Below are positions 32,917 through 44,300 of a DNA stretch of 64,000 bases, one piece after another (the first letter of the stretch is position 1; each line of letters starts with the position of its first letter). The DNA is taken from positions 7,795 through 71,794 of the forward strand of contig JBQDEV010000015.1 of the NCBI GenBank assembly GCA_052084925.1, in the 5' to 3' direction. The DNA comes from Micrococcaceae bacterium. GTDB taxonomy: Bacteria > Actinomycetota > Actinomycetes > Actinomycetales > Micrococcaceae. The translations under genes and the position numbers were made by a program. The notes beneath the pieces are model-generated. The model made no database searches. It had not been told where the DNA came from and saw only the letters and a program-made list of their open reading frames with translations.

Positions 32917-34601
32917 ACGAGTCCACCGGCGCCCTGATCGTCCAGTCCGACAAGACCGTGCTGCTGGAGGTCGACCACCCGGTTGCCAGCGAGGCACGGG
33001 GCGAACTCGCCAGCTTCGCCGAGCTCGAGCGCGCCCCCGAGCATGTGCACACCTACCGGATCACCGATCTGGGGCTGTGGAATGCCCGCGCCGCCGGGGT
33101 CGACGCCGAGCAGGTGCTGGACGTGCTGTTGCGCCACTCCCGCTATCCCGTCCCGCATTCACTGCTGATGGACATTGCCGACGTCATGTCCCGCTACGGG
33201 CGGCTGCGGCTGGAGCGCGACGAGCAGCATGGGCTGGTCATGCGCACCACCGACTATCCGGTGCTCGAAGAAGTGCTGCACGCCAAGAAGACGGCTGATC
33301 TGTTCGGACCGCGCATCGACGCGCACACCGTGGTCGTCCACTCCGCCGCCCGCGGCCAACTCAAGCAGGCGCTCATCAAGATCGGCTGGCCCGCCGAGGA
33401 TCTCGCCGGCTACGTGGACGGCACCCCGCACCCCATCGGGCTCACCGCCAGTACCCCGGACACCGAAAGCACCTCAGGCAGTTCAGAATCCGGCTGGCAG
33501 CTACGCCCCTACCAGCAACTCGCCGTCGAGAACTTCTGGGCGGGCGGCTCCGGCGTCGTCGTGCTGCCCTGCGGCGCAGGCAAGACCCTGGTCGGTGCCG
33601 CCACCATGGCCACCTCCTCGACCACCACGCTGATCCTGGTCACCAACACCGTCTCCGCCCGTCAGTGGAAAGCGGAACTATTAGCCCGCACCACGCTCAC
33701 CGAATCCGAGATCGGTGAATACTCGGGCTCCGTCAAAGAGGTCCGCCCCGTCACCATCGCCACCTACCAGGTGCTCACCACCAAGCGCGGCGGTATGTAT
33801 CCGCACCTGGAGCTCGTCGACGGCAACGACTGGGGGCTGATCATCTACGACGAGGTGCACCTGCTGCCCGCCCCGATCTTCCGGATGACCGCGGACCTCC
33901 AAGCCCGACGACGCCTCGGCCTGACTGCAACGCTCGTCCGCGAGGACGGCCGTGAGGCCGAGGTGTTCTCGCTGATCGGCCCCAAGCGCTACGACGCCCC
34001 GTGGAAGGACATCGAGGCGCAAGGCTATATCGCCCCGGCCGTGTGCACCGAGGTGCGGGTGGACCTGCCGAATGATGAGCGGGTCACCTACGCGATGGCC
34101 GAAGACGCCGACAAATACCGGCTCGGCGCCACCTCCGAGGTGAAACTGCCCCTGGTGCGTGCCCTGGCCGAACGTCACTCCGGCGAACAGCTGCTCGTCA
34201 TCGGGCAGTATCTGGACCAGCTGCGCGAGATCGCCGAGCTGCTCGATGCCCCGCTCATCACCGGGGACACCTCGGTGAAGGTCCGCCAGCAGCACTTCGA
34301 CGCGTTCCGCGACGGTGACGAGCAGGTGCTGGTGGTCTCCAAGGTGGCGAACTTCTCCCTGGACCTGCCCGAGGCCACCGTCGCCATCCAGGTCTCCGGC
34401 GCCTACGGCTCCCGCCAAGAAGAAGCGCAGCGGCTAGGTCGGCTGCTGCGTCCGAAACAGGACGGTCGCTCCGCGCACTTCTACACCGTCGTCACCCGCG
34501 ACACCCTCGACCAGGAGTACGCCGCCAAGCGCCAGCGGTTCCTCGCCGAGCAGGGGTACGCCTACTCGATCGTCGACGCCGACGACGTCACCAGCGCCTG
34601 A
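32913..34601 (+). CDS. XPB/Ercc3-type SF2 DNA helicase
   Basis: Walker A LPCGAGKTLVGA, DEVH box IIYDEVHLLPAP, LGLTATLVRED. The N-terminal damage-recognition-like domain includes YRITDLGLWNARAAG. Confidence 0.88.
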   Translation: MNESTGALIVQSDKTVLLEVDHPVASEARGELASFAELERAPEHVHTYRITDLGLWNARAAGVDAEQVLDVLLRHSRYPVPHSLLMDIADVMSRYGRLRLERDEQHGLVMRTTDYPVLEEVLHAKKTADLFGPRIDAHTVVVHSAARGQLKQALIKIGWPAEDLAGYVDGTPHPIGLTASTPDTESTSGSSESGWQLRPYQQLAVENFWAGGSGVVVLPCGAGKTLVGAATMATSSTTTLILVTNTVSARQWKAELLARTTLTESEIGEYSGSVKEVRPVTIATYQVLTTKRGGMYPHLELVDGNDWGLIIYDEVHLLPAPIFRMTADLQARRRLGLTATLVREDGREAEVFSLIGPKRYDAPWKDIEAQGYIAPAVCTEVRVDLPNDERVTYAMAEDADKYRLGATSEVKLPLVRALAERHSGEQLLVIGQYLDQLREIAELLDAPLITGDTSVKVRQQHFDAFRDGDEQVLVVSKVANFSLDLPEATVAIQVSGAYGSRQEEAQRLGRLLRPKQDGRSAHFYTVVTRDTLDQEYAAKRQRFLAEQGYAYSIVDADDVTSA

Positions 34602-34678
34602 TCGCGTTCAGCTGAAGTCACAGCTTCGACCAGCTGACATCTAGCCAATGCACAGCTTTCACCGTCACACTTAACGAC

Positions 34679-35386
34679 ATGAACACAGACAATCCCGAAG
34701 CCAAGCTGCTCGTCGTCGATGACGAACCCAATATCCGCGAGCTGCTCTCCACATCCCTGCGCTTCGCCGGGTTCGAGGTGGTCGCCGCCGCCAACGGTCG
34801 CGAGGCACTTGCCGCGGCCGAGCAGGAGCAGCCCGATCTGGCCGTGCTCGACGTGATGCTGCCCGACATGGACGGTTTCACCGTCACCCGCAAGCTGCGC
34901 GCCGCCGGCAAGCACTTCCCAGTGCTCTTCCTCACCGCCCGCGATGACACCGAAGACAAGGTCACCGGACTGACCGTGGGCGGCGACGACTACGTCACCA
35001 AGCCCTTCTCCCTCGACGAGGTCGTGGCCCGCATCCGCGCGGTGCTGCGCCGCACCGCCTCGCTGGAAGACGACGAGGCCATCCTGCGCGTGGACGATCT
35101 GGAGCTCGACGACGACGCCCACGAGGTGCGCCGGGCCGGGGAGATCATCGATCTCTCCCCCACCGAGTTCAAGCTGTTGCGCTACCTGATGATGAACCCG
35201 AACCGGGTGCTCTCGAAGTCGCAGATTCTCGACCATGTCTGGGAGTACGACTTCAACGGGGATGCCTCGATCGTGGAGTCCTACATCTCCTACCTGCGGC
35301 GCAAGATCGACCGTAAGGACCTGCCGAACATGATCCAGACCAAGCGCGGCGTGGGCTATCTGCTGCGGTCGGCGGACAAACGCTAG
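34679..35386 (+). CDS. OmpR-family two-component response regulator
   Basis: Receiver domain: LLVVDDEPNIRELL ... DLAVLDVMLPDMDG ... LFLTARD ... DDYVTKPF. Winged-helix output domain: ELDDDAHEVRRAGEIIDLSPTEFKLLRYLM. Confidence 0.9.
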   Translation: MNTDNPEAKLLVVDDEPNIRELLSTSLRFAGFEVVAAANGREALAAAEQEQPDLAVLDVMLPDMDGFTVTRKLRAAGKHFPVLFLTARDDTEDKVTGLTVGGDDYVTKPFSLDEVVARIRAVLRRTASLEDDEAILRVDDLELDDDAHEVRRAGEIIDLSPTEFKLLRYLMMNPNRVLSKSQILDHVWEYDFNGDASIVESYISYLRRKIDRKDLPNMIQTKRGVGYLLRSADKR

Positions 35387-35388
35387 TC

Positions 35389-37068
35389 TTGGCGTCCTCC
35401 ACCAAGCAGATTCCGGCGCGCCCGAGCCGTCCACCTCGGGTGCGCCGTGGTTTTGCGCCCCTGCGCTGGGTCACCACCACCTGGCGTGCGGCCTCGCTGC
35501 GCACCCAGCTGGTGGTCATCACCTCCGTGCTGATGATGGCCACGGTGTTTATCACGGCCCTGCTCACCAGCTCCCTGTACCGACAGGAGCTGATGCGCCA
35601 GATCGACGAGGACATCCACGCCAACGCCGGAGCCGTCTCCACCTTCCTGATCACCCTGGGCAGCTCCAGCCAGCTCGACAGCGAGTCCGTGCAGCAGTCC
35701 ATCGTCCGGTTCTACGCTGAGGCCTGGGACAACGAGGGCAACGTCACCGTCGCCATCCGCACCCGGGCCGACTCCCCGGAGATCCCGCCGCTCACCGAAG
35801 AACAAGTCAATGCTCACGGCACCGAGGCCTACAACGTGCCCGGCACCACCGACGACTCCCGCGGCTGGCGCGTGCAGCTCTACCGTCTGGAATCCGGGGC
35901 CGGTTCCATCGCCATCGCCCTGCCGCTGGACACCGTCTATGAGTCCGCCGACCGGGTGACGACCCTGGTGGTGACCATCGGCCTGCTCGCCACCCTGGGC
36001 GCCTCCCTGATCGCCTACACGGTGGTGACCCGCGCCTTCGGCCCCTTTAACCGGGTGGAGCGCACCGCGGCAGCCATTGCGGCCGGGGACCTCTCCCAGC
36101 GCATCACCAACGGCCCACCCGACACCGAGGTCGGGCGCCTCTCCCGCTCCTTGAACGCCATGCTCGCCCGCATCGAGACGGCCTTCCGCGCCAAGGAGGT
36201 CTCCGAGGACAAGATGCGCCGGTTCATCCAGGATGCCTCCCACGAGCTGCGCACCCCGCTGGTCACCATCCGCGGCTACTCCGAGCTGTACCGGCACGGC
36301 GGCATCGTCAAACCCGACGACGTCGCCACCGCGATGAGCCGCATCGAGTCCGAATCCACCCGGATGACCCAGCTGGTGGAGGACCTGCTGACCCTGGCCC
36401 GCCTCGACGAGCAGCGCCCGCTGAACCGCGACCCGCTGGACCTGCTGATGCTGGCCACCGACGCCGTTGTCGACACCCGGGTCAACGCCCCGGAGCGGAC
36501 GATCTCCCTGGTGGGCATCGACTCCGACCTCCCCGCCTCCGCTCCCACCAGCGGCGATGAGCACAAGCTGCGCCAGGTGATCGTCAACCTGGTCACCAAC
36601 GCCCTGCGCTACACCCCGGAAGGCACCCCGTTGGAGATCGCGGTCGGCACCGTGGACGTGCTCTCGGGACTCGACGGCGACGGCTCCGCCGGCGCGCTGA
36701 GCGCGGATCGCGGGGTGGCCCGGGACGCGGTCATCGAGATCCGAGATCATGGCCCCGGCATCTCGGAGGAGGACGCCAACCGGATCTTCGAACGGTTCTA
36801 TCGCGCCGACACCTCCCGGCACCGCGAGACCGGCGGCACCGGGCTCGGCCTGGCGATTGTCGCTGCCATCATCGCCCAGCACGACGGTTCCGTCCGGCTC
36901 AGCGAGACCTCCGGAGGCGGTGCCACCATGTCGGTGCGTTTGCCCTGGCACCCCATAGACGATGCCGACGATTCCGACGACCTTGACGACACAGACGATC
37001 CGGATGACGCAGACGATCCGGATGAAGCTGGCCAGACTCCCCGGAACGGCTCTTCCACAGGGTCCTGA
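35389..37068 (+). CDS. Sensor histidine kinase (TM-HAMP-HisKA-HATPase) with poly-Asp tail
   Basis: H-box FIQDASHELRTPL, N-box VNLVTNALRYTP, G-boxes IRDHGPGI and GGTGLGLAIV. Start is TTG 35389, 2 nt after the response-regulator stop (uncertain). Confidence 0.88.
   Translation: MASSTKQIPARPSRPPRVRRGFAPLRWVTTTWRAASLRTQLVVITSVLMMATVFITALLTSSLYRQELMRQIDEDIHANAGAVSTFLITLGSSSQLDSESVQQSIVRFYAEAWDNEGNVTVAIRTRADSPEIPPLTEEQVNAHGTEAYNVPGTTDDSRGWRVQLYRLESGAGSIAIALPLDTVYESADRVTTLVVTIGLLATLGASLIAYTVVTRAFGPFNRVERTAAAIAAGDLSQRITNGPPDTEVGRLSRSLNAMLARIETAFRAKEVSEDKMRRFIQDASHELRTPLVTIRGYSELYRHGGIVKPDDVATAMSRIESESTRMTQLVEDLLTLARLDEQRPLNRDPLDLLMLATDAVVDTRVNAPERTISLVGIDSDLPASAPTSGDEHKLRQVIVNLVTNALRYTPEGTPLEIAVGTVDVLSGLDGDGSAGALSADRGVARDAVIEIRDHGPGISEEDANRIFERFYRADTSRHRETGGTGLGLAIVAAIIAQHDGSVRLSETSGGGATMSVRLPWHPIDDADDSDDLDDTDDPDDADDPDEAGQTPRNGSSTGS
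36991..37026 (+). repeat. 18-nt tandem duplication inside the kinase poly-Asp tail
   Basis: ACAGACGATCCGGATGAC | GCAGACGATCCGGATGAA, 16/18 identical. Encodes TDDPDD / ADDPDE. Confidence 0.8.
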
Positions 37069-37182
37069 ACCGGGGGGCTTCTCCCCCGCTCGTCCCCTGC
37101 CTCCCCGACGGTGCGCCCGCCGCCTCTAGCGTGGTGGTGAGAACGGACAGCCCGTTCCGCGACGACGTTTCAGGAGAGACTC

Positions 37183-37473
37183 ATGGCACTGGTTCAGATC
37201 GACACCGACGACCTTCTCGCAAAATCCTCCGCCGTGGAGGGTTCCATCGGCCGCCTGCAGACCGAGGTGAACACGATGGAAGCGCACCTGCGTCAGCTGC
37301 AGGACACCTGGCGGGGCCAGGCCTCGAACAATTTCCAGTCGGTGCTCACCCAGTGGCGGGCCACCCAGGCACGAGTCGAGGAATCCCTGACCCAGATCCG
37401 GCAGGCGATGGGCCATGCCGCGGACCAATACCTGCAGACGGAGACCGCGAACGCCTCCATGTTCCGCGGATAG
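37183..37473 (+). CDS. WXG100-family (ESAT-6-like) protein
   Basis: 96-aa helical hairpin with a central W-R-G (LQDTWRGQASNNF) and a C-terminal YxxxD/E-like motif (ADQYLQTETANASMF). Confidence 0.8.
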   Translation: MALVQIDTDDLLAKSSAVEGSIGRLQTEVNTMEAHLRQLQDTWRGQASNNFQSVLTQWRATQARVEESLTQIRQAMGHAADQYLQTETANASMFRG

Positions 37474-37560
37474 CGTCATCGGGGCGCCACCGACGCCCTG
37501 ATTGCCCCGCGCTGGGGCGAACGCCATGGTTCCGGCCTGCAACCTCGGTAGGCTGGGACC

Positions 37561-38574
37561 ATGGCAGTTCTCATCGATCCAGCACGGTGGCCGGCACACG
37601 GCACCGTCTTCTCCCATCTGGTCTCAGATGAATCGCTGGACGAGCTGCACCGCTTCGCCCGCGCCAATGACGTCGCCCTGCGCGCCTTCGACGGCGACCA
37701 CTACGACGTGCCCGTGGAAATGTACGGGGATCTCGTCGCTGCCGGCGCCCTGGAGGTCTCCGGCGGCGAGCTGGTTCGCCGCCTCGTCGCCTCCGGTCTG
37801 CGCATCCCCGCCGCACAGCGGCCCAGCAAGCTGCAGAAGATCCTGCACCAGCGCTTCGATCGGCTCTTCCCCGGCACCTCGGAGCTGGACCGCGATCCGA
37901 TCGCCACAGGGCTGATCGAGCGCTGGCGCGAACCGCACCGGCACTACCACGACCTCTCCCACCTGCTCGCCGTGCTCAAAGCGCTGGACGTCCTGGAGCG
38001 ACAGGGCGAATCGTTCGGCCCCTACCCGCGGGCCGTCAAGCTTGCGGCGTGGTTTCACGATGCGATCTACCTGGGCAGTCCGGCCCGGCCCCCGGGACAG
38101 GATGAGGAGGACTCCGCCCGGCTGGCCGAGCGCACCTTGCCCGAACTGGGGCTGCCGGCCGCCGAGCTCATCGAGACGGCCCGGCTGGTGCGGCTGACCT
38201 TCACCCACGACCCTCACGAAGACGATCCTGGTGGCCAGGTGCTCTGTGACGCTGACCTGGAGGTGCTGGGACGCAACCCGGGCGCCTACGGCCGCTACCG
38301 CGATGCCGTCCGGCAGGACTTCGCCCATATCCCCGACGACCAGTTCTTCGCAGGCCGGGAGAAGGTGCTGCGCTCATTGCTGGCGCAGAACCCGATCTTC
38401 AACACCCGCACCGGGATCAAGCGCTGGGAGCGACAGGCGCGCAAGAATCTCATCGCCGAGCTCTACCCCAGCGGCAAGGCCCGGAAGAAGTCGGACGAAC
38501 CCACGGCGACCGTCCCGGAATCCGAGTCTGGGGACACACCGAGCGACGCGCCTCAGCAGGACGACAACGACTAA
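37561..38574 (+). CDS. DUF4031-domain protein fused to an HD-type phosphohydrolase-like domain
   Basis: N-terminus MAVLIDPARWPAHGTVFSHLVSDESLDELHRFA ... FDGDHYDVP (DUF4031). C-terminus HYHDLSHLLAVL ... AAWFHDAIY ... CDADLEVLG (His/Asp metal ligands). Confidence 0.6.
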   Translation: MAVLIDPARWPAHGTVFSHLVSDESLDELHRFARANDVALRAFDGDHYDVPVEMYGDLVAAGALEVSGGELVRRLVASGLRIPAAQRPSKLQKILHQRFDRLFPGTSELDRDPIATGLIERWREPHRHYHDLSHLLAVLKALDVLERQGESFGPYPRAVKLAAWFHDAIYLGSPARPPGQDEEDSARLAERTLPELGLPAAELIETARLVRLTFTHDPHEDDPGGQVLCDADLEVLGRNPGAYGRYRDAVRQDFAHIPDDQFFAGREKVLRSLLAQNPIFNTRTGIKRWERQARKNLIAELYPSGKARKKSDEPTATVPESESGDTPSDAPQQDDND

Positions 38575-38631
38575 GTCGTCCCGGCCGCACCGGGTGCCCG
38601 ACGGCGGCTTCACAACGATGGTTTAACGACG

Positions 38632-38664
38632 GTGGCCCGCACTCCGTTCAGGAGTGCGGGCCAC
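38632..38664. terminator. Bidirectional terminator hairpin between the DUF4031-HD gene and groEL
   Basis: GTGGCCCGCACTCC-GTTCA-GGAGTGCGGGCCAC. Perfect 14-bp stem. Confidence 0.75.
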
Positions 38665-38710
38665 TGTTGGTGATCCTCGGGTCAGCGAGGCGTCATCCGT
38701 GATCAGCTGA

Positions 38711-40517
<1,807 letters not shown>

Positions 40518-40547
40518 TGCCTGGGGCTGAGAGCGAACCCTCGCAGA

Positions 40548-41231
40548 TCAACCGGAGTAATCGTCGCCGAGCACCACAACGATGTTGGCGAACGAGGGTT
40601 CCTGAACGGCGGTGATACCCAGCTGATCCGCAATCGCCTGGGCGGTGGCTTCGTCGTCGGCGTAGAACACCACCGAGGAGGTGATGGCGGAGCCCTGCCA
40701 GTTCGCGGTGACCGGCACATTGAATCCCGCCGCGGTCAGTTCTTGGGAAGCCAGTCCGGCCAGGCCCTGGGTCATGGTCGCGTTGTAGACCTCGATGCCT
40801 TGGCTGTAATCGACATCGGCGGCACCGGTCGGGTCCGGATCCTCTCCACCCTCGGGATCCTCCACGCTGCCCTCGGGGGCGCTGGCGTCGTCGCCGGCGT
40901 CGCCCTCGAGATCTGTCTCGTTCTCGTCGGTGGTGCCAGCGTCGCCGGTCTCGCCTGCGTCATCAGCGTCGGCGTCGGCGGACGCTGAGGGGTCGGCCGG
41001 GGCCTCTGTGGTCTGGTCGTCGCCCGGGGAGGCGGCGCCGAACCAGTCGGTGCGTAGTTGGGGCAACAGCAGGAAGGCAACGATGCCGACCACCAGTGCC
41101 AGAGCCGCCGCGATGATCAGCACATTGAGCCCGGTGTTGGACTCGGGCTTGGCGACGGCGGCGCGGTGGGCACCGACCTGGTCGGTGTATTCCGGGACGT
41201 CATCGTAGTGGTCCTGCGGATACTTGGTCAT
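40548..41231 (-). CDS. LytR_C-domain membrane-anchored protein
   Basis: N-terminal cytoplasmic segment, one TM helix (LNVLIIAAALALVVGIVAFLLL), an acidic linker, and a C-terminal LytR_C-like domain (IEVYNATMTQGLAGLASQELTAAGFNV ... VVFYADDEATAQAIADQLGI). Confidence 0.7.
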   Translation of the reverse strand: MTKYPQDHYDDVPEYTDQVGAHRAAVAKPESNTGLNVLIIAAALALVVGIVAFLLLPQLRTDWFGAASPGDDQTTEAPADPSASADADADDAGETGDAGTTDENETDLEGDAGDDASAPEGSVEDPEGGEDPDPTGAADVDYSQGIEVYNATMTQGLAGLASQELTAAGFNVPVTANWQGSAITSSVVFYADDEATAQAIADQLGITAVQEPSFANIVVVLGDDYSG

Positions 41232-41485
41232 GAGCTCCCCTGCTCTGGACTGCCGTGGGCACGGAATCGGGTCGATCTGAGTCTACGCAATCGTCGCACC
41301 ACGAGGGGTTTATAGGCCAGGGCGCGTTCGTCGTCGAGCAATCGGGCGAGAATCTGATAGTAGGTGGTCGCCGAGAGTCCGAATGTATCGCGAATGGCCT
41401 GGTCCTTGGCCCCTTGGTAGGTGAAACGCTGTTCCTCGAAGGCGAGGATGCTCCGGTCCCGCTCAGAGAGCTCAGAGCCGGGCAT
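41228..41485 (-). CDS. DUF3263-domain protein
   Basis: ATG 41485: MPGSELSERDRSILAFEEQRFTYQGAKDQAIRDTFGLSATTYYQILARLLDD. The stop overlaps the LytR_C gene start (ATGA). This gene pair is conserved in Actinobacteria. Confidence 0.7.
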   Translation of the reverse strand: MPGSELSERDRSILAFEEQRFTYQGAKDQAIRDTFGLSATTYYQILARLLDDERALAYKPLVVRRLRRLRSTRFRAHGSPEQGSS

Positions 41486-41596
41486 GGGTCGCTCCTCGGA
41501 GAATCGGTGATCAGCATATCGACTGGTGTCGGTGATCCTCCATTTTACGCGCTCGGGCCGAGGACACCGTCCCGAGTGCTTCGCTACGCTGGACGG

Positions 41597-42283
41597 ATGC
41601 TGATCTCTGACGTGCGCGAACCCTTGGACCCGGGCTGGGATGCGGCCCTGGCGGAGCAGACCGAGACCTTCGCCACCCTGGCCGAGTCGCTCCGAGAACG
41701 CCATGAGGCCGGAGAGCAGGTGCTGCCCGCTCCGGAGAACATTCTGCGCGTTTTCCGGCAGCCCTTCGATGAGGTCAAGGTGCTGATCCTGGGACAAGAC
41801 CCCTACCCCACCCCGGGGCATCCGGTGGGGATGAGCTTCTCGGTGGCCCGCAATGTGCGGCCGCTGGCACGATCGCTGACGAATATCTACCGGGAGCTCA
41901 ACGATGATCTGGGCATTGCTCCGGCCGAGCACGGGGACCTCATCTCGTGGGCGCAGCAGGGGGTAGCCCTGCTGAACCGGGTACTGACCGTGCAGGCCGG
42001 TGCACCGGGCTCGCACCGTGGCCTGGGGTGGGAACAGATCACCGAGGCGGCCGTGCGCGCGCTGGCGGCTCGCGAGCGGCCGCTGGTGGCCCTGCTGTGG
42101 GGCAACGACGCCCGCAAGATGGCCCCGCTCTTGAACGCTGGCGCCCGCACGCTGGTGATCGAGTCGGCGCACCCGTCGCCGCTGTCGGCGCGCCGCGGAT
42201 TCTTCGGCTCGCGACCATTCTCGCGGGCCAACGAGTTCCTTTCGGCCCAGGGCGTGGATCCCGTGGACTGGCAGGTGCACTGA
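41597..42283 (+). CDS. ung: Uracil-DNA glycosylase (family 1)
   Basis: ATG 41597. Motifs VLILGQDPYPTPGHPVGMSFSV, LLNRVLTV and the HPSPLSA loop. Confidence 0.9.
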   Translation: MLISDVREPLDPGWDAALAEQTETFATLAESLRERHEAGEQVLPAPENILRVFRQPFDEVKVLILGQDPYPTPGHPVGMSFSVARNVRPLARSLTNIYRELNDDLGIAPAEHGDLISWAQQGVALLNRVLTVQAGAPGSHRGLGWEQITEAAVRALAARERPLVALLWGNDARKMAPLLNAGARTLVIESAHPSPLSARRGFFGSRPFSRANEFLSAQGVDPVDWQVH

Positions 42284-42291
42284 GGCGCGGC

Positions 42292-44115
42292 TCAGCGACG
42301 CCCGATGCGGCGGCGCTCGTTACCCTGCAGCTTCGAGGTGAGCGGGCGGGCCAGAGTGTCACCCAGCACCGACCCGGCAGCCACGGCCAGGATGACGATG
42401 GAGGCCATCACCATTCCGACGATGCCGCTGACCGCGCCGGTGTTCATCGCGATTTCGTACATGGAGCGGAAGATCGCCAGACCGGGTAGCAGGAACAGCA
42501 CCGAGGGCACGGCGATCACCAGCTGGGGCGCGCCAAGCCGCAGCGCGACCATACGGGCCAGGAAGCCGATGATCACGGCAGCCGCCGCCGGAGAGATCAC
42601 CGGTCCCAGTCCCAGGAAGAGCGCGAATTCGTAGCCGATGAAGCCCAGGGTGGACACGATGCCGGTGGGCAGCAGCAGTCGCCATTCGGATTGTTCGGCT
42701 GCGGCCACGCCGGCGGAGGCGAAGAACACCAGGATGCCGAGCATCCACACCGGGTACCAGTAGTTCGGCGCGGCGGTGACGTCTACCTCGGGCACGCCCA
42801 ACTGGGAGGCGGAGACGGCGGCGAAAACGATGCCGCCGACCATGGCCACGTAGGTGAGCACGGCGGAGACGAAACGACCGGCGGCCGTGATCGGGAAGCC
42901 GTTGATACCGTCCTGCACGGCCGAGACGAAGCGACCCGAGGGCAGCATAATCATCAGGATCCCGGCCACCACGGTGGCGGGGTCCTTGAACACGTCCATC
43001 GAGAACAGACCCAGGGAAATCACGGTGGCCATGAAGCCACCAAGCATCGTGGTGAAGAATTCCGGGGCACGCAGCCGGGCCATCCCGTACATCGAGACCA
43101 CCACGACCACGGTCGACACCAGGGTGACGAGCCCGGCGAGCGGGCTGCCACCGATGTAGAGCACGAACAGGGCAGCGAACACCGCATTAGCAGCTACCGT
43201 CATCCACGGCCGGAAGGGCTTGCGCCGGTGCCGAATCTCGGCCAGCTGGCGCTCAGCGTCTTCTCGGGTCGTGTCGCCGGCGGCGATGGAGGAGACGAGC
43301 CGGTGCAGGAATGCCAGACCCGCGTAGTTCTGCGACCAGGAGCGCACCACGCGCTGCAGCGTGTACGGCGTCTCCCCCGGAGGCGCGTAGTTCAGCGAGA
43401 AGGCCTGGTTGGTGATGTCGATTTCGGTCTCGTGCACCCCGTAGGCCTGGGTGACCACGATGATCGAGGTCTCTACCTCCAGCGCGCCGGCGCCGAAACG
43501 GAACATGGTCTCCCCCAGCTTCATGGCGAAGTCGAGGGTGTTGCGAATATCGGCCGCTTCAGCAGCTTTCTGATATTCCTTACGGGCGGCCGCGGCGAAC
43601 GGGCTGGTTTCCAGTCGGCTCACCAGGTTCATCACCTGAGTCGGCATCCGCTCCCGGTACGGTGCGGTCGCCGGTTCGTCGCGACGGCGAGGTCGGCGCT
43701 CGGGCAGACGTAGCCCGCGGGACCTACGGGTGCCGTTCGGCTCAGTGGGGGTCTGCGTTTTGCGCGTCCGTGACCGGCCCGGGGTGGGCAGCTCGGGGGC
43801 GGGAATCACCGGCAGCGCGCCCACGGTGGGCGTCGGTTCTGGGGCGGCGCTCGGCAGGGTGTAGAGGTCGTGGGGTTCCGTGGTCGGCGTCTCCGTCGTC
43901 GACAGTGCAGCCGTCGGTGCCGGCTCCGGGCCGAATCCGTCGGAGGGGTCCATCTGGGGGGCCTGAGCATCCGGGTTGGGCAGGGTGACGGCCGGACGGA
44001 TGACGGGCACGGTGATCTGCCCGGTGGACGGCTCCGGCTCCGGGGCGGCCTCGGTCGTCAGACCGAACGGCCCCTCGTCGTTGGACGCTGCTGTGGGGTG
44101 CTCTTCGCGGGTCAT
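42292..44115 (-). CDS. Threonine/serine exporter (ThrE) family protein with Pro-rich disordered N-terminus
   Basis: About 200 aa of Pro/Thr/Glu-rich sequence, then a DUF1212-type domain (TLDFAMKLGETMFRFGAGALEVETSI) and a ten-TM region including a DUF3815-like C-terminus. Confidence 0.75.
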   Translation of the reverse strand: MTREEHPTAASNDEGPFGLTTEAAPEPEPSTGQITVPVIRPAVTLPNPDAQAPQMDPSDGFGPEPAPTAALSTTETPTTEPHDLYTLPSAAPEPTPTVGALPVIPAPELPTPGRSRTRKTQTPTEPNGTRRSRGLRLPERRPRRRDEPATAPYRERMPTQVMNLVSRLETSPFAAAARKEYQKAAEAADIRNTLDFAMKLGETMFRFGAGALEVETSIIVVTQAYGVHETEIDITNQAFSLNYAPPGETPYTLQRVVRSWSQNYAGLAFLHRLVSSIAAGDTTREDAERQLAEIRHRRKPFRPWMTVAANAVFAALFVLYIGGSPLAGLVTLVSTVVVVVSMYGMARLRAPEFFTTMLGGFMATVISLGLFSMDVFKDPATVVAGILMIMLPSGRFVSAVQDGINGFPITAAGRFVSAVLTYVAMVGGIVFAAVSASQLGVPEVDVTAAPNYWYPVWMLGILVFFASAGVAAAEQSEWRLLLPTGIVSTLGFIGYEFALFLGLGPVISPAAAAVIIGFLARMVALRLGAPQLVIAVPSVLFLLPGLAIFRSMYEIAMNTGAVSGIVGMVMASIVILAVAAGSVLGDTLARPLTSKLQGNERRRIGRR

Positions 44116-44300
44116 TCGACCACCTCCTGTCGGGTCACTTGCGGCCGTCGTCGGGCCGCGGGTCCGTGAGGGACCATCTCTGATTTCTGTGTCGTGACGC
44201 CATCGCGGCTATGAACCACGAGCGACGGGGAATGGAATATTCACGGGCTGACGACCCGCTCTTAACGAGATCAGGACCCCTTGTAAAGGGCCCTGATGGG

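Noticed and set aside
42691-43713. 340-aa plus-strand ORF
   Set aside because: Antisense to the ThrE-family exporter.
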